64,000 bases of DNA from an uncultured delta proteobacterium. Lineage in GTDB: Bacteria; Desulfobacterota; Binatia; Binatales; Binataceae. Of this stretch, positions 50,737 through 60,366 are shown piece by piece. Where the stretch lies: positions 768,001 through 832,000 of the forward strand of contig CAVRVY010000003.1 of NCBI GenBank assembly GCA_963724765.1. The letters run 5' to 3'. The notes beneath the pieces were generated by a model. That model saw nothing but the letters and a program-made list of their open reading frames with translations. It had not been told where the DNA came from and did no database searches. Position numbers and translations under genes: made by a program. Each line of letters begins with the position of its first letter. Position 1 is the first letter of the stretch.

Positions 50737-51150
50737 TCATCGCGTCGGCCTGACTGCGCCATTTTCTCGTGGATCGATTTTGAGGTGCCTATTCATCTCG
50801 GCTTCACCGAGGTCCCATTGACCGTCCCACGCGATCTGTAAACGGAGCAGTTCGCTATCGGCTTCGACCGATATTGCTCGAACCGTAAATCCAGAGCATC
50901 GTGGCTCCGGTGTGTTGGAGAGGAAAATTATTGGGGATGATCATCGGCGTGAGATAAAGAGAGCCTTCTTCGTTCACGTAAAATAAATCCGCATGGTCGT
51001 CTGGCCCTATCGTTCGCGAAGGCTTCAGGTCAACCTCTTGATTCCGCCATTTCAATGGCCGCGTAACCGAATATACCGCTTGCGGTAGCCGGTCAGGCCC
51101 CGGCGATTCTACCAGCGTCATCTCGACTCGAACTTCGTGCCCACCGGACT
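50737..51150 (-). pseudogene. Frameshifted, 5'-truncated hypothetical gene remnant
   Basis: Removing one T at ~50888 joins ...PNNFPLQHTGATMLW to ITVRAISVEADSELLRLQIAWDGQWDLGEAEMNRHLKI. Confidence 0.5.
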
Positions 51151-51302
51151 GTCTGCGTTTGCAAGTCACCCCTGCGCGCTCGGAAGCGCGAGCCTCGCGC
51201 ACACCGCGCGCCATGAGCGCACCCAATGCCCAGATCGATGCAGTCTGTCGACCACGCTCCCGAGTTTGTTTCCCCCCTCAAGCATCCTTTAGCGTGTCGA
51301 AA

Positions 51303-51968
51303 TTATGGTGCGAACGGCGCCAAGACGGTGCATCGCGGCGCCTGCCCCACCGTCGGCTGCACGGTGCTGAAGAACCTCACGTTAGTGCTACAGGCGCGCC
51401 GATCGCAGCCACCTACTACGTATTCATACGGCTCTAAGCCGGTCCCGGGCGTTAAGCTACCGTTTGGGGAATCCGCGCCATCGGAATAAGCCAACCCATA
51501 GCCCTGCGCATCGACGATCAGATCGCGCGGATTGATCTGAGACAGAGCGGTCGCGTCCAACCCAACCGAAAACGCCTCTACGGCAAAGCCCTGGCACGCG
51601 ACGGGCGCAAGCAGGCTTTCGGCGGCGGCGGGGCTACCGATGCCCTGGCGCGGAATCGCCTCAGTATCCTGCATCACAGCGTAGATGGAAATTTGCGCGC
51701 CGATAGGTGCTTTGATCGGGAGCACGACGCAGGGCTCGAATCCGACGCCGCTGATATACCGGTTCGCGCCCCTAGGTGCGCCGATCGCGACGATGAACGA
51801 CAGGTCACCGTTTTGCCCCTCGCAATCACCAGCCTGGCTGACCGAGATCATGATCGCAGCGTTGGTGCGTGAGGTTTGGGCTGCGAGCGTCGCGGGCGCT
51901 ATCGCGAGGCTGCTCGCGATGAATCCGTAAAGGCACCACCGAATTCCCGAGAACCAGAATCGTTTCAT
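51303..51968 (-). CDS. Secreted hypothetical protein
   Basis: GGAGG RBS, signal peptide ending LAAQ, several Cys. Confidence 0.6.
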   Translation of the reverse strand: MKRFWFSGIRWCLYGFIASSLAIAPATLAAQTSRTNAAIMISVSQAGDCEGQNGDLSFIVAIGAPRGANRYISGVGFEPCVVLPIKAPIGAQISIYAVMQDTEAIPRQGIGSPAAAESLLAPVACQGFAVEAFSVGLDATALSQINPRDLIVDAQGYGLAYSDGADSPNGSLTPGTGLEPYEYVVGGCDRRACSTNVRFFSTVQPTVGQAPRCTVLAPFAP

Positions 51969-52395
51969 CGAACCCTCCTTCTTGTTAGGTCTCCTTTCAT
52001 TTTTTAGCTAGCGCGAAGGTAACGGATCGGCAGGACGATGCACGCCGTTGCAGAAGATCGCGCACCATACCTCTCATCCCGCAGTGTGATGACTTAAAGC
52101 GCGCGGCGCCCAACTCAATTATGTTTGTCTATTTCAAATGAGTTAGGTCAAACGCTAACTTCGAACGCTGGGCTTTAGAGCGCAGCGCGCAGCAGAGCGC
52201 GCCGCGCGCCATAAGCGAGCCCAACGCCCTCAGATCGAGCGTGACTCGTGCGCTGGCGAGGCGCGCCCACAGTGCTTATTCAAGCACCGTTTAACCAATT
52301 CAGCGTGCTAGTTATGCGCTAATTTTCGCAGAATTCGCTGCGCGCGCTCATCGCTGCACGCGAGCGAAATGCTTTATCTTTCAAGCGCTTAGGTG

Positions 52396-52440
52396 GGTGG
52401 GCCGTTGGAGACTCGAACTCCAGACCCGCTGATTAAGAGT
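52396..52440 (-). other. att site: displaced 3' half of tRNA-Lys(CTT)
   Basis: Minus strand ACTCTTAATCAGCGGGTCTGGAGTTCGAGTCTCCAACGGCCCACC gives anticodon loop, T-arm and acceptor 3' strand; no matching 5' half upstream. Confidence 0.88.
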
Positions 52441-52713
52441 AGCAACCCCCAGCATTCCAGCCTGCCCGACCAGCACGTCACTCGACCGAAAGCGCGGCAG
52501 TCCGGATGAGCCGTCTGCACGATGGGTGACGTCATTATGCGGGTTTTCAGGATGCTATGGCACCGGTTGGGCGCCAATTTGCACCCGCCGCTATCGATAC
52601 CGAGGCTCGAGTTCACCCTGAGCGTTCCGATCATTTGGCGAACTTCACCGCCATGTTCTTAACATCGCACCTACTCGACGCGGGCGTCCTGACTTTGCTA
52701 CAAAGCGGACACC

Positions 52714-54051
52714 ATGACGGCGGGGTGGTTGCGAATGCACGGATCAAAGCAGGCCGTCTTCGCCAATCTAGAAACGCAAATATCGAGGATTCGACCGAGG
52801 CTTTCCGAAAAGCGTCGGCCTTTTATCATCGAATTCGCGGGTACGCCTAAGTCCGGAAAGACGACGACCATCAGCGCAGTACACCAATTTCTCAAGAGAA
52901 ACGGCGTGATTGTTCGCACCTCGCAGGAGCGCGCTTCGGTCGCACCATTGATAGATAAGGGCACAGCTTTCTTCAACACGTGGGTTACATGCGCTACTCT
53001 CAACGGAATAATTGAGGCGCTGGAGGACGAAAAGCTGGATGTTCTCATTCTGGACAGAGGGCTTTTTGACGGCTTAGTCTGGATCGACTGGCAAGAAAAA
53101 ACGCACCGAGTGTCTGAAGCGGAAGCGAAGGAATTTCGGAGCTTTGTACTGACACCTAGGTGGCGCGGCCTCGTCGATTTAGTGTTCCTCATGCACTGCG
53201 ATGCCAAAACCTCTCTCAAGAGAGAACATGAAAAACAGATTACCCGCCGGCATGGAGCCATAATGAATGTCGCCACTCTTGCTCAGATACGCCGGCACTA
53301 TTTGAAGGCAGCCAGACGTTATGCAGGATATTTCAAATCCTTCAAGGTCATCAAAAACAGCCCAGGCCCCGAGATGAAAACGATCACATATATCGCCAAG
53401 CTTGTGCTGAATTCGCTGGGTCGATTCGCGGACGAAGAGGTGCTTTGCCTGCCGAGGAAGTCCGTGGAAGGTCAGATCAAGCTTTCCGAGAAGAAAGTGG
53501 TGACGCCTAGTTGGAAAGCAGTTACGCGACTTGTCAATCGACGTGTAACATACGTGGCGAGATCGACCGCTGAGGTATCGGACCAGCTTCTGCAGGTCGT
53601 TCCAGTCTGCATCATACGAAACGGCAGCCGATTTCTCACCAACGTGCGGCACGAACCAGGCGAATCGTTACATGAAGCATTTGGTAATTGGGCTGGTGGC
53701 CATGTGAGGAAGCAAGATTTGGATGACGCGGGATCGAAATGGGAAAGCGTGTTGGCGGGGCTACGAAGGGAACTACATGAAGAGCTCTCGTTGGAGGATT
53801 TGCCTCGGCTGGTGCCAATTGGAATCGTTCACAGTTCGGAAGACGAACGTGCCGCCCGCCACATAGGGATTGTTTTCGAAGTGACCTTTTCTGATCCTGC
53901 CAACATTGCCGCGTTCGACAACAAGACAATCCGTGAGCGACCGAACCGCTACGTGAAAACCAGTTGGATGGAAAGGAAAGAGCTTTCTCGCAACCTTGAT
54001 TCTCAAAGAGATTGGTCAAGGGCGATAAGCTCCTTCTTGGTTGAAGCGTAG
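52714..54051 (+). CDS. Thymidylate-kinase-like P-loop domain fused to a NUDIX hydrolase
   Basis: IEFAGTPKSGKTT Walker A, LILDRG kinase motif; C-terminal GGHV...GLRRELHEELSL Nudix box and HIGIVF. Confidence 0.82.
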   Translation: MTAGWLRMHGSKQAVFANLETQISRIRPRLSEKRRPFIIEFAGTPKSGKTTTISAVHQFLKRNGVIVRTSQERASVAPLIDKGTAFFNTWVTCATLNGIIEALEDEKLDVLILDRGLFDGLVWIDWQEKTHRVSEAEAKEFRSFVLTPRWRGLVDLVFLMHCDAKTSLKREHEKQITRRHGAIMNVATLAQIRRHYLKAARRYAGYFKSFKVIKNSPGPEMKTITYIAKLVLNSLGRFADEEVLCLPRKSVEGQIKLSEKKVVTPSWKAVTRLVNRRVTYVARSTAEVSDQLLQVVPVCIIRNGSRFLTNVRHEPGESLHEAFGNWAGGHVRKQDLDDAGSKWESVLAGLRRELHEELSLEDLPRLVPIGIVHSSEDERAARHIGIVFEVTFSDPANIAAFDNKTIRERPNRYVKTSWMERKELSRNLDSQRDWSRAISSFLVEA

Positions 54052-54292
54052 TGTCGGTAGATGAACTTGTGGCGATCTACCCGCTGATTGCATATCAGCC
54101 GCCCCCGAAATTCTCAAACAACGGCGCGCGCTTTTTGTGGCCGGTGCCAAGCTGGTGCCAAAGAATCGGAGCCCTGGGTTATTCCTATGCGCATAGGATT
54201 CCAGGGCGACCTCCGACAGTCCCGGCTTCTAGACGCTTGGCCGGCGCGTTCTGATCACCTGCTCGATGCCGCGCTCGGAGAAGCCGCCGCTC

Positions 54293-54700
54293 TTAATCGC
54301 GGCCGTATCTCCGGTTGCGCCAAATTGGCGCCGCACTATCCCGTGAGGCCGCTGAGCTCTTAGTATGCAGATACTCGTCGATGCCGCGCTCGGAAAACCG
54401 CAGGCAGCGCGATTTCAGTCTGTGTGTGAACGGATAGAAGTCCGCGTTGCGATAGAGCGTGTCGCGTGCGATCCCCAGCAGTGCCGCCGCCTCGTCCGCA
54501 TGCAGCATCCGGTCCGGTCCGCTTGGCATGCTGGCCAGCGCCCCGGGCTCCCCGGACAGCATGATGCGTCGCGCCTTCAGCGCGCCTCGAGCCATCTCCA
54601 ACATTGCGATCAGTTGCCGTGTCGCATCGGCGGAAAGAGCGTTCACGCGCAGCGGATCCCGCGCGATGTCATCCAGGGTGATATTCTCGTTCTGGTTCAT
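54293..54700 (-). CDS. AlpA/excisionase-like HTH protein
   Basis: DRMLHADEAAALLGIARDTLYR...PF..RL...LRFSERGIDEYL; GAGGTG RBS. Confidence 0.78.
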   Translation of the reverse strand: MNQNENITLDDIARDPLRVNALSADATRQLIAMLEMARGALKARRIMLSGEPGALASMPSGPDRMLHADEAAALLGIARDTLYRNADFYPFTHRLKSRCLRFSERGIDEYLHTKSSAASRDSAAPIWRNRRYGRD

Positions 54701-54755
54701 TCTCGCTTCACCTCACTATTCGAGTCTCCTGCCGTGTTGCCTGCCGTGCAGCGCT

Positions 54756-55901
54756 TTACAGCCGCATCGGCATGATGACCGCTTGGGGCGAGTCCGCCGC
54801 TCCTGCCGTGGTGATCACGCAAGGGCTCGTCGGGTCCGCCAGCCGAAACACAAGCTCGTCGCCCAGCGTCGCGATCGCGCCCAGCAGATAGCTCGCGTTG
54901 AAGCCTGCCGCCATCTCGGCATCGCGCACGTCGCCTTTGGCCGCGATGCCTTCGCTCGCCTCGCCGCGCTCCGGGTCGGACGCGGAAACGGTCAGCCGAC
55001 CGGATGCGAAGGCCAGCCGGACGCCGTGATAGCGGGCGTTGCTGAACGGCATGACCGCACCTATCGCAAGCCGCAGAGTATCGCGCCACACGGTCAGCGC
55101 AGCGTCTTGCGCGGACGCCTTGGGAATCACGCCTCGATAGTCGGGAAACTCGCCTTCGACCGTGCGCCCCTTGTAGAGCGCGCCCGCCACGTTGAACGCG
55201 ATGACCGGACGCTCCGCGAGCCCGTCGTTGCTTCGCTCCGCGCCCGTGTCGGGCATCCGGAGCGCCATGCGAACGTCGCCAGCCGGGCGCGCGCCCAGGG
55301 CCGTGCGCAGCGCGGCCAGCAGCTTCCGCGGAATGATGAACGGCGCAAACCGCTCCGTCGCCAATGGGCGCTCGGTCAGCGCGAGCCTATGCCCGTCGGT
55401 TGCGACCATGCGGACGCGCTGATTGCCCGCGCGCTCAAACAACACGCCGCTCAGGTTGTAGCGCGCCTCATCTGGCGAGACGGCATAAAGCGTGGCGTCG
55501 ATCATTTCCGCGAGCATCGCGGCCGGAAGTATCACCCGCAGCCGTGGGGCGCCCGTGGGAAAGTCGGCCGGAAAACTCGCCGGGTCGAGTCCGACCAGCC
55601 GCGCGCTCGTACCGTTGACCGCAACGCGCACGTCCGCCGAAGCGCTCGCGCCGTCCGGGCCGTCGGATACTTTCGGTGGGTCGGACGCTTCGAGCGTCAC
55701 GGTTTGCGCCGCTCCGCGCCCGCTCGCGGATGATGGCTGGCTGCGCTTGAGTACCGCGAGCAAGGTCCGCGCATCGACCGTGGCGACGCCAGCCGCGTGC
55801 GTCTGACATGGGATGCGGGTTGCGTAGGCCATCTCAAGGTCCGTCGCGCGGAGCATCAGGCATCCGTTGGCTTCGAGCGCAACGTGGGCCAGGATCGGCA
55901 C
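54756..55901 (-). CDS. dnaN: DNA polymerase III beta sliding clamp (element-borne copy, N-terminus possibly damaged)
   Basis: PILAHV, ATDLE, ARYNLSGV, MVATDGHRLA, GEFPDYRGVIP, FNASYLL, VIMPMRL. Confidence 0.9.
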   Translation of the reverse strand: MPILAHVALEANGCLMLRATDLEMAYATRIPCQTHAAGVATVDARTLLAVLKRSQPSSASGRGAAQTVTLEASDPPKVSDGPDGASASADVRVAVNGTSARLVGLDPASFPADFPTGAPRLRVILPAAMLAEMIDATLYAVSPDEARYNLSGVLFERAGNQRVRMVATDGHRLALTERPLATERFAPFIIPRKLLAALRTALGARPAGDVRMALRMPDTGAERSNDGLAERPVIAFNVAGALYKGRTVEGEFPDYRGVIPKASAQDAALTVWRDTLRLAIGAVMPFSNARYHGVRLAFASGRLTVSASDPERGEASEGIAAKGDVRDAEMAAGFNASYLLGAIATLGDELVFRLADPTSPCVITTAGAADSPQAVIMPMRL

Positions 55902-56236
55902 GGTTGCGCGCCGCTCGCAGGTCGAGGAATGGATCGCCGCGCGCCCTCTAGTAGCACCAGACTATACGCCCGACGCGGCTCACGGCAGTTAGCGGACAGC
56001 GCCGGTTCGAGCGCTCGCTCCGCTCGCCGGCGCCAATGGAATTGTGGAGGGGAGGGGGGATGCTGGGGATGGGAAATTCTACTAGGACGCGCTGCCAAGT
56101 CCTACCTATTCAGGGCCGCCCGCGCGGCCGCCGACACATCTATCGCTTGTGCTCGCCGCGGTTGAAACTGACTCTGCCTGAGCGCGTTTGGTCGCCTATC
56201 TGATGCCGAGCTGCGCGCGCGCTGGGAGCCAGGCCG

Positions 56237-58299
56237 ATGACGCAGCTCGCGAGGCCAATCGCGCTCAAGGTCGTTCCGAGCGCGATCCCCGATGAGCTCA
56301 AGGATGACCAATGGGTCAACTGGCGCTCTGAGCTACGCCCCAACGGCAAGGGCGAGCAACGCCATACGAAGCCGCCACTGAAACCAAGCGGCGAGTACGC
56401 CAAAAGCACGGACGCGACGACCTGGTCGCCGTTCTCGGAAGTCATGGCGGCCTATGCGCGCGGCGACTTCGACGGTATCGGCCGAGTATTTTGTAGTGAC
56501 GATCCCTATGTGGTGGTCGATCTAGACCATTGCAGAAATCCGGCTAACGGCACCGTGGATCGGTGCGCTATCGAGCTGATCCGGCTATTGCGTTCGTACA
56601 CGGAGGTGTCGCCCAGCGGCGCCGGCGTTCGCATCGTCGTGCGTGCGAAACTGCCGGCGGACTCGCGCAATCGCACAGGCAACATCGAGATCTACGACAA
56701 CGCGCGCTATGCAACATTTACTGGCTATCGGCTGCCGGGCGCAGTGGTTACTGTGGAGCCGCGCCAAGACGAGGTCGAGGAATTCCAGCGTCGCGTATTC
56801 CCGGCTGAGCCCAAAGCGGAAGTTCACAACACAACGGACGTAATGGCGCTTCCCCGAGTCTCGATGATCAGGCGCTGCTCGAGCGCGCACGCCAGTCGCG
56901 CAGTGGAGAGAAGTTCACTCAACTCTTCGATCGAGGCGATTGCAATGGCTATTCGTCGCAAAGCGAAGCGGATCTTGCGCTGTGCGGGATGCTGGCTTTT
57001 TGGTTTGGTGGCGATACCGCCGCAATAGATAGGGTCTTCAGAAGTTCCGCATTGTTCCGCGACAAGTGGAATCGATCTGATTATAGGGAATCGACCATTA
57101 CCGCGGCCCTCAGCGGCCGAAGAGAGTTCTACGATCCGAATCGACGGCCGCCGGATGAGAATGACGCAAAAGCAGCGTCAGCCGATCCAGATAGTCAAGG
57201 ACAGCAATCCGATAGCCAGTCGCAGCAATCATCGGCGGATAGTCAATCACAGAACGGCGCTGGCCTGGGCCTCGTCTCGGCTGCTATCGTCAAGATTAAG
57301 CCCGTCCGGTGGACGTGGCCCCACTACTTTCCTGCCGGCAAGCTCTGCGACATCGAGGGCAACCCCGGCGATGGCAAAAGCATCCTGCTCGCGGATATTG
57401 CCGCGCGCGTGACTATCGGAGCACCGTGGCCCGATGGCGCGCTTGGCGGCGAACCGGGCAACGTTCTCCTGTTCTCTGCCGAAGATGATTCCTCGGACAC
57501 GATAGTTCCTCGTCTCGTGGCCGCCGGCGCGGATCTCTCTCGCGTTCACATAATTGGCGCCTCGTCGCCGGCATTCCCCGAAGACTGCGATCAGCTCGAA
57601 CAGGCTATCCGCAAACACAGCGCGAAGATGGTGATGTTCGATCCGATCGATCCCTTTCTCGATCCGCGGATCGATGGAAATAAAAACGCCGATGTGCGCC
57701 GAGCGCTGTCCCAATTGCGCGGCGTCGCTGAAGCGACCGCATGTCCGGCTTTACTGATTCGCCATCTTAGCAAAGACGGGAAAGTTACTAACGCGATTTA
57801 CCGGGGACTAGGCTCGATTGCATATACCGCGGCCGCGCGGGCGACGTTTTTAGTCGGCCGCAAGCCCGATGACCCTGACGTGCGCGTGCTCTGCGGCATC
57901 AAGTGTAACCTGTCGAGACTGCCAGCAGCGCTGAGTTTCAAGATCGTCGAGGTCACCATAGTCGGCGAGGGTGAGAAGAACGCTGAGCCGATCAAGACTC
58001 AGCGGATCGAGTGGCTCGGGCCGGTGGAAGTGAGTTCGCGCGAATTGTTGACGGAGCCCGAGCCTACGCGGCGCGGACCCAAACCTGCGAAGCGTGAAGC
58101 GGCCGAAGCTTTGATCAGGGAGTTCCTGGCGGATGGCCTCGAGCACTCCAGCGATGAACTGGAGGCAATGGCGACGGCCGCCGGGATCTCCCACGGGGTG
58201 CTTTGGCAGACGCGCAAGGAGATTGGCGTGCGGTCACGGAAACGGGGATTCGCGGCCGATTGGCTGATTTGGTTGCCGAGTGAGCAGGAGGTGCCGTGA
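56237..58299 (+). pseudogene. NrS-1-like primase-polymerase + helix bundle + AAA_25 helicase, split by a frameshift at ~56810-56850
   Basis: Frame A: DLDHC, SYTEVSPSG, EIYDNARY.TFTG; frame B (open from 56809): SQSEADLALCGMLAFW, DRVFRSS..FRDKW, GNPGDGKS, SAEDD, RHLSK. Confidence 0.8.
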
Positions 58300-58451
58300 T
58301 CGAATATGCGTTGTCGATGGTGCGGACAACCGGCCGGCATCGTGCCGATGTGCAGCGCGAAGTGTTTTCTATGGACGACGCGTTGCGGATGGTTCGATCC
58401 AAAGCGGCTATGGGAAAAGCAAACCGACAAGGAAAACGAGGAAATGGCTAA
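58296..58451 (+). CDS. Small hypothetical protein (51 aa)
   Basis: GTG overlapping the helicase stop after GGAGG; VIEYALSMVRTTG... Confidence 0.4.
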   Translation: MIEYALSMVRTTGRHRADVQREVFSMDDALRMVRSKAAMGKANRQGKRGNG

Positions 58452-58701
58452 CGGCAAAGATTATCCCAACTCGGGGATACTGTTTAAGAACGACCGCAGG
58501 CGCAACGATCGCGATCCAGAGTACGCAGGTAGCGGTGACATAACCTGTCCACGGTGCAATGCGCGGTTTCAGTTTTGGCTCAACGCATGGGTGAAGGCCG
58601 CAAGGACGGGCGCAAAGTTTTTCTCCGTCTCATTCAAGCCGAAAAACTCGCGGTCGCAGGCGGCGGCTACGGCAGTCGATAACGATGACATCCCGTGGTG
58701 A
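58444..58701 (+). CDS. Phage-type single-stranded DNA-binding protein
   Basis: NSGILFKN, PEYAG, NAWVK, FFSVSFK, acidic DDIPW tail. Confidence 0.75.
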   Translation: MANGKDYPNSGILFKNDRRRNDRDPEYAGSGDITCPRCNARFQFWLNAWVKAARTGAKFFSVSFKPKNSRSQAAATAVDNDDIPW

Positions 58702-58705
58702 ACCG

Positions 58706-59062
58706 ATGAAGAACAATGACGCACGAAGGTCCGAACCGGCCGCCACGGTGAAGCGGCCAGCCAGCACGGCACAGACCCCGGCGACGCTAAGCAGGACACA
58801 GTACGCGCGCCAGGAGATCGCGCGCGCGCGGCCCGACCTGGAGGAATTCAATTGGGACGACTTCGCAATGGGGCGGCTCGCGGACATGCTTCAGCCCGGC
58901 GACATCATCGACTTCATCGGAGTTGCCGGGGTGCGGTTTGGACCGCCGAGTCAGCCCGGGCTCTACGGCTGTAGTCGATGGCCGGCGCCGCCCGAGCGAC
59001 CGCCCGAGCCATCGGTTGACGAGCGAATCCGAGCGCACTTGCACGGGCGGAAATTCGCATGA
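58706..59062 (+). CDS. Hypothetical protein
   Basis: Operonic packing; ATGA overlap with the next gene. Confidence 0.55.
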   Translation: MKNNDARRSEPAATVKRPASTAQTPATLSRTQYARQEIARARPDLEEFNWDDFAMGRLADMLQPGDIIDFIGVAGVRFGPPSQPGLYGCSRWPAPPERPPEPSVDERIRAHLHGRKFA

Positions 59063-59427
59063 GCAAAGACTTCCGCGTCTACGTCTATCCGAATGGCCAC
59101 CACTGCTGGATGACGCAAGAGGTCAGCACGGGGTTTGCCTCGACCGGCGAATCGCGCGCCGAGGCGCTCATCCTGTTCAAGAACGTTTGGAACGATCGGG
59201 CGCCGTTCACTCTGGTCGACGGCGCACCTCCGCGACCGAAGCGAGAGGATGCGCCACAGGAGCCGGGCCCGGCTCTGGATGAAGGCGTGAAGCTGCCGGG
59301 CTATGCGGTCTACAGGCGCCTCGCCAAGCGCTTTCACAGCGACGCTCACCCCGGCGCGAGCTTTACGGCCGACCAAGTGATGGGCGCGATCAACGAATTG
59401 TGGACCGCAATGAGGGGCGCGAAGTGA
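59059..59427 (+). CDS. Protein with HicB-like N-terminus and a degenerate J-domain-like C-terminus
   Basis: STGESRAEAL; YRRLAKRFHSDAHPG...MGAINELW. Confidence 0.6.
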   Translation: MSKDFRVYVYPNGHHCWMTQEVSTGFASTGESRAEALILFKNVWNDRAPFTLVDGAPPRPKREDAPQEPGPALDEGVKLPGYAVYRRLAKRFHSDAHPGASFTADQVMGAINELWTAMRGAK

Positions 59428-60029
59428 GCAAGGCACGCAAACCGCGGACGCTGATGCAACGCGCGAAGGCCACGAAAGAGCCCGATAAAGCGATATGGAC
59501 GCTGTTCGAGGCCGCCCGCGACGAGCTGCGCAAAATGGCGCGCGAGGGCGTCGTCGATGCGGATGCGGCGGACAAGTACCATCCGGTGCGCACGCTGATC
59601 AGGATCGAGCACGATACAACCGTGCCGGCGACCATCCGGCTTTTGGCCGCGAAGGAAATCCTTTCGTACGTCGAGGCGCCCAAATCGGCCACGCTGAAGT
59701 TGGAGGCCAACGACCCGGGCGACCAGTCCATCACGATCATCGTCGCGCCCTACGCCGCGGCCGGCGGCGCACGCCGCATCGAGGCCGCGCCCGCCGCCAT
59801 CGAGGCGCCGCGTGAGGTTGACCCGCCAGTCGAGGCCGAAGTCGTGGAGCCGGTCGAAGACCCCAAGCGCATCGTCGCTTTCACGCCGCACGGAAATCCG
59901 GTGAGCGCCGAACGTCTCGCGCAGTTGAAAGACATGCAGACCGACCTGAGTAGATCACGCTGGCGCCGACGCCGGAAGTGCGCGAGCCGGGATTTCAGCC
60001 CTATGAGATGCGCAACGGCAGGCCGGTAA
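59424..60029 (+). CDS. Putative terminase small subunit-like protein
   Basis: HPVRTLIRI...IRLLAAKEILSYVEAPK pattern; GTGA overlap; 3' end may be frameshifted. Confidence 0.45.
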   Translation: MSKARKPRTLMQRAKATKEPDKAIWTLFEAARDELRKMAREGVVDADAADKYHPVRTLIRIEHDTTVPATIRLLAAKEILSYVEAPKSATLKLEANDPGDQSITIIVAPYAAAGGARRIEAAPAAIEAPREVDPPVEAEVVEPVEDPKRIVAFTPHGNPVSAERLAQLKDMQTDLSRSRWRRRRKCASRDFSPMRCATAGR

Positions 60030-60123
60030 AAACGAGCTGGCAGGAACGCGAGGAGCGGCTTGCCGAAGGCGCCGAAGCGCGACGTGCGTCGCAGGCCAAG
60101 GTCATCATCGAGGAGTAGACGCG

Positions 60124-60366
60124 ATGCAAGGACGCGATATCTGCCCGCAGTGTGACGCAACGCCTTTGGTCCGCGCCGCGCAGCGACGCGATCAGTGCCA
60201 TGAGTTGGTCGTGTTCGACAATGAGCCGTTTTTGGAAGGTGAGCCGGGCATGGTCGCGGTGCGCGTGGCGGTGCCTGTCACCCGGCGTGTCGGGTGGGTG
60301 TGGCATCCCACAATGAGGGAATGGGTTCCAATCGTGCGCACGTTGGCGGCAAAGAAAGGGAACTGA
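60124..60366 (+). CDS. Hypothetical protein with CxxC
   Basis: GAGGAG RBS; CPQC. Confidence 0.55.
   Translation: MQGRDICPQCDATPLVRAAQRRDQCHELVVFDNEPFLEGEPGMVAVRVAVPVTRRVGWVWHPTMREWVPIVRTLAAKKGN

Noticed and set aside
52396-52480. Intact tRNA-Lys gene
   Set aside because: Only the 3' half is present; the upstream sequence cannot form a D-arm or the 5' acceptor strand, so it is treated as an att remnant
54756-55901. Chromosomal oriC region implied by dnaN
   Set aside because: No dnaA, recF or gyrB nearby; the context is phage-like
56810-56816. Canonical -1 slippery site CCCAAAG
   Set aside because: Phased CCC AAA G in the primase frame, not X XXY YYZ
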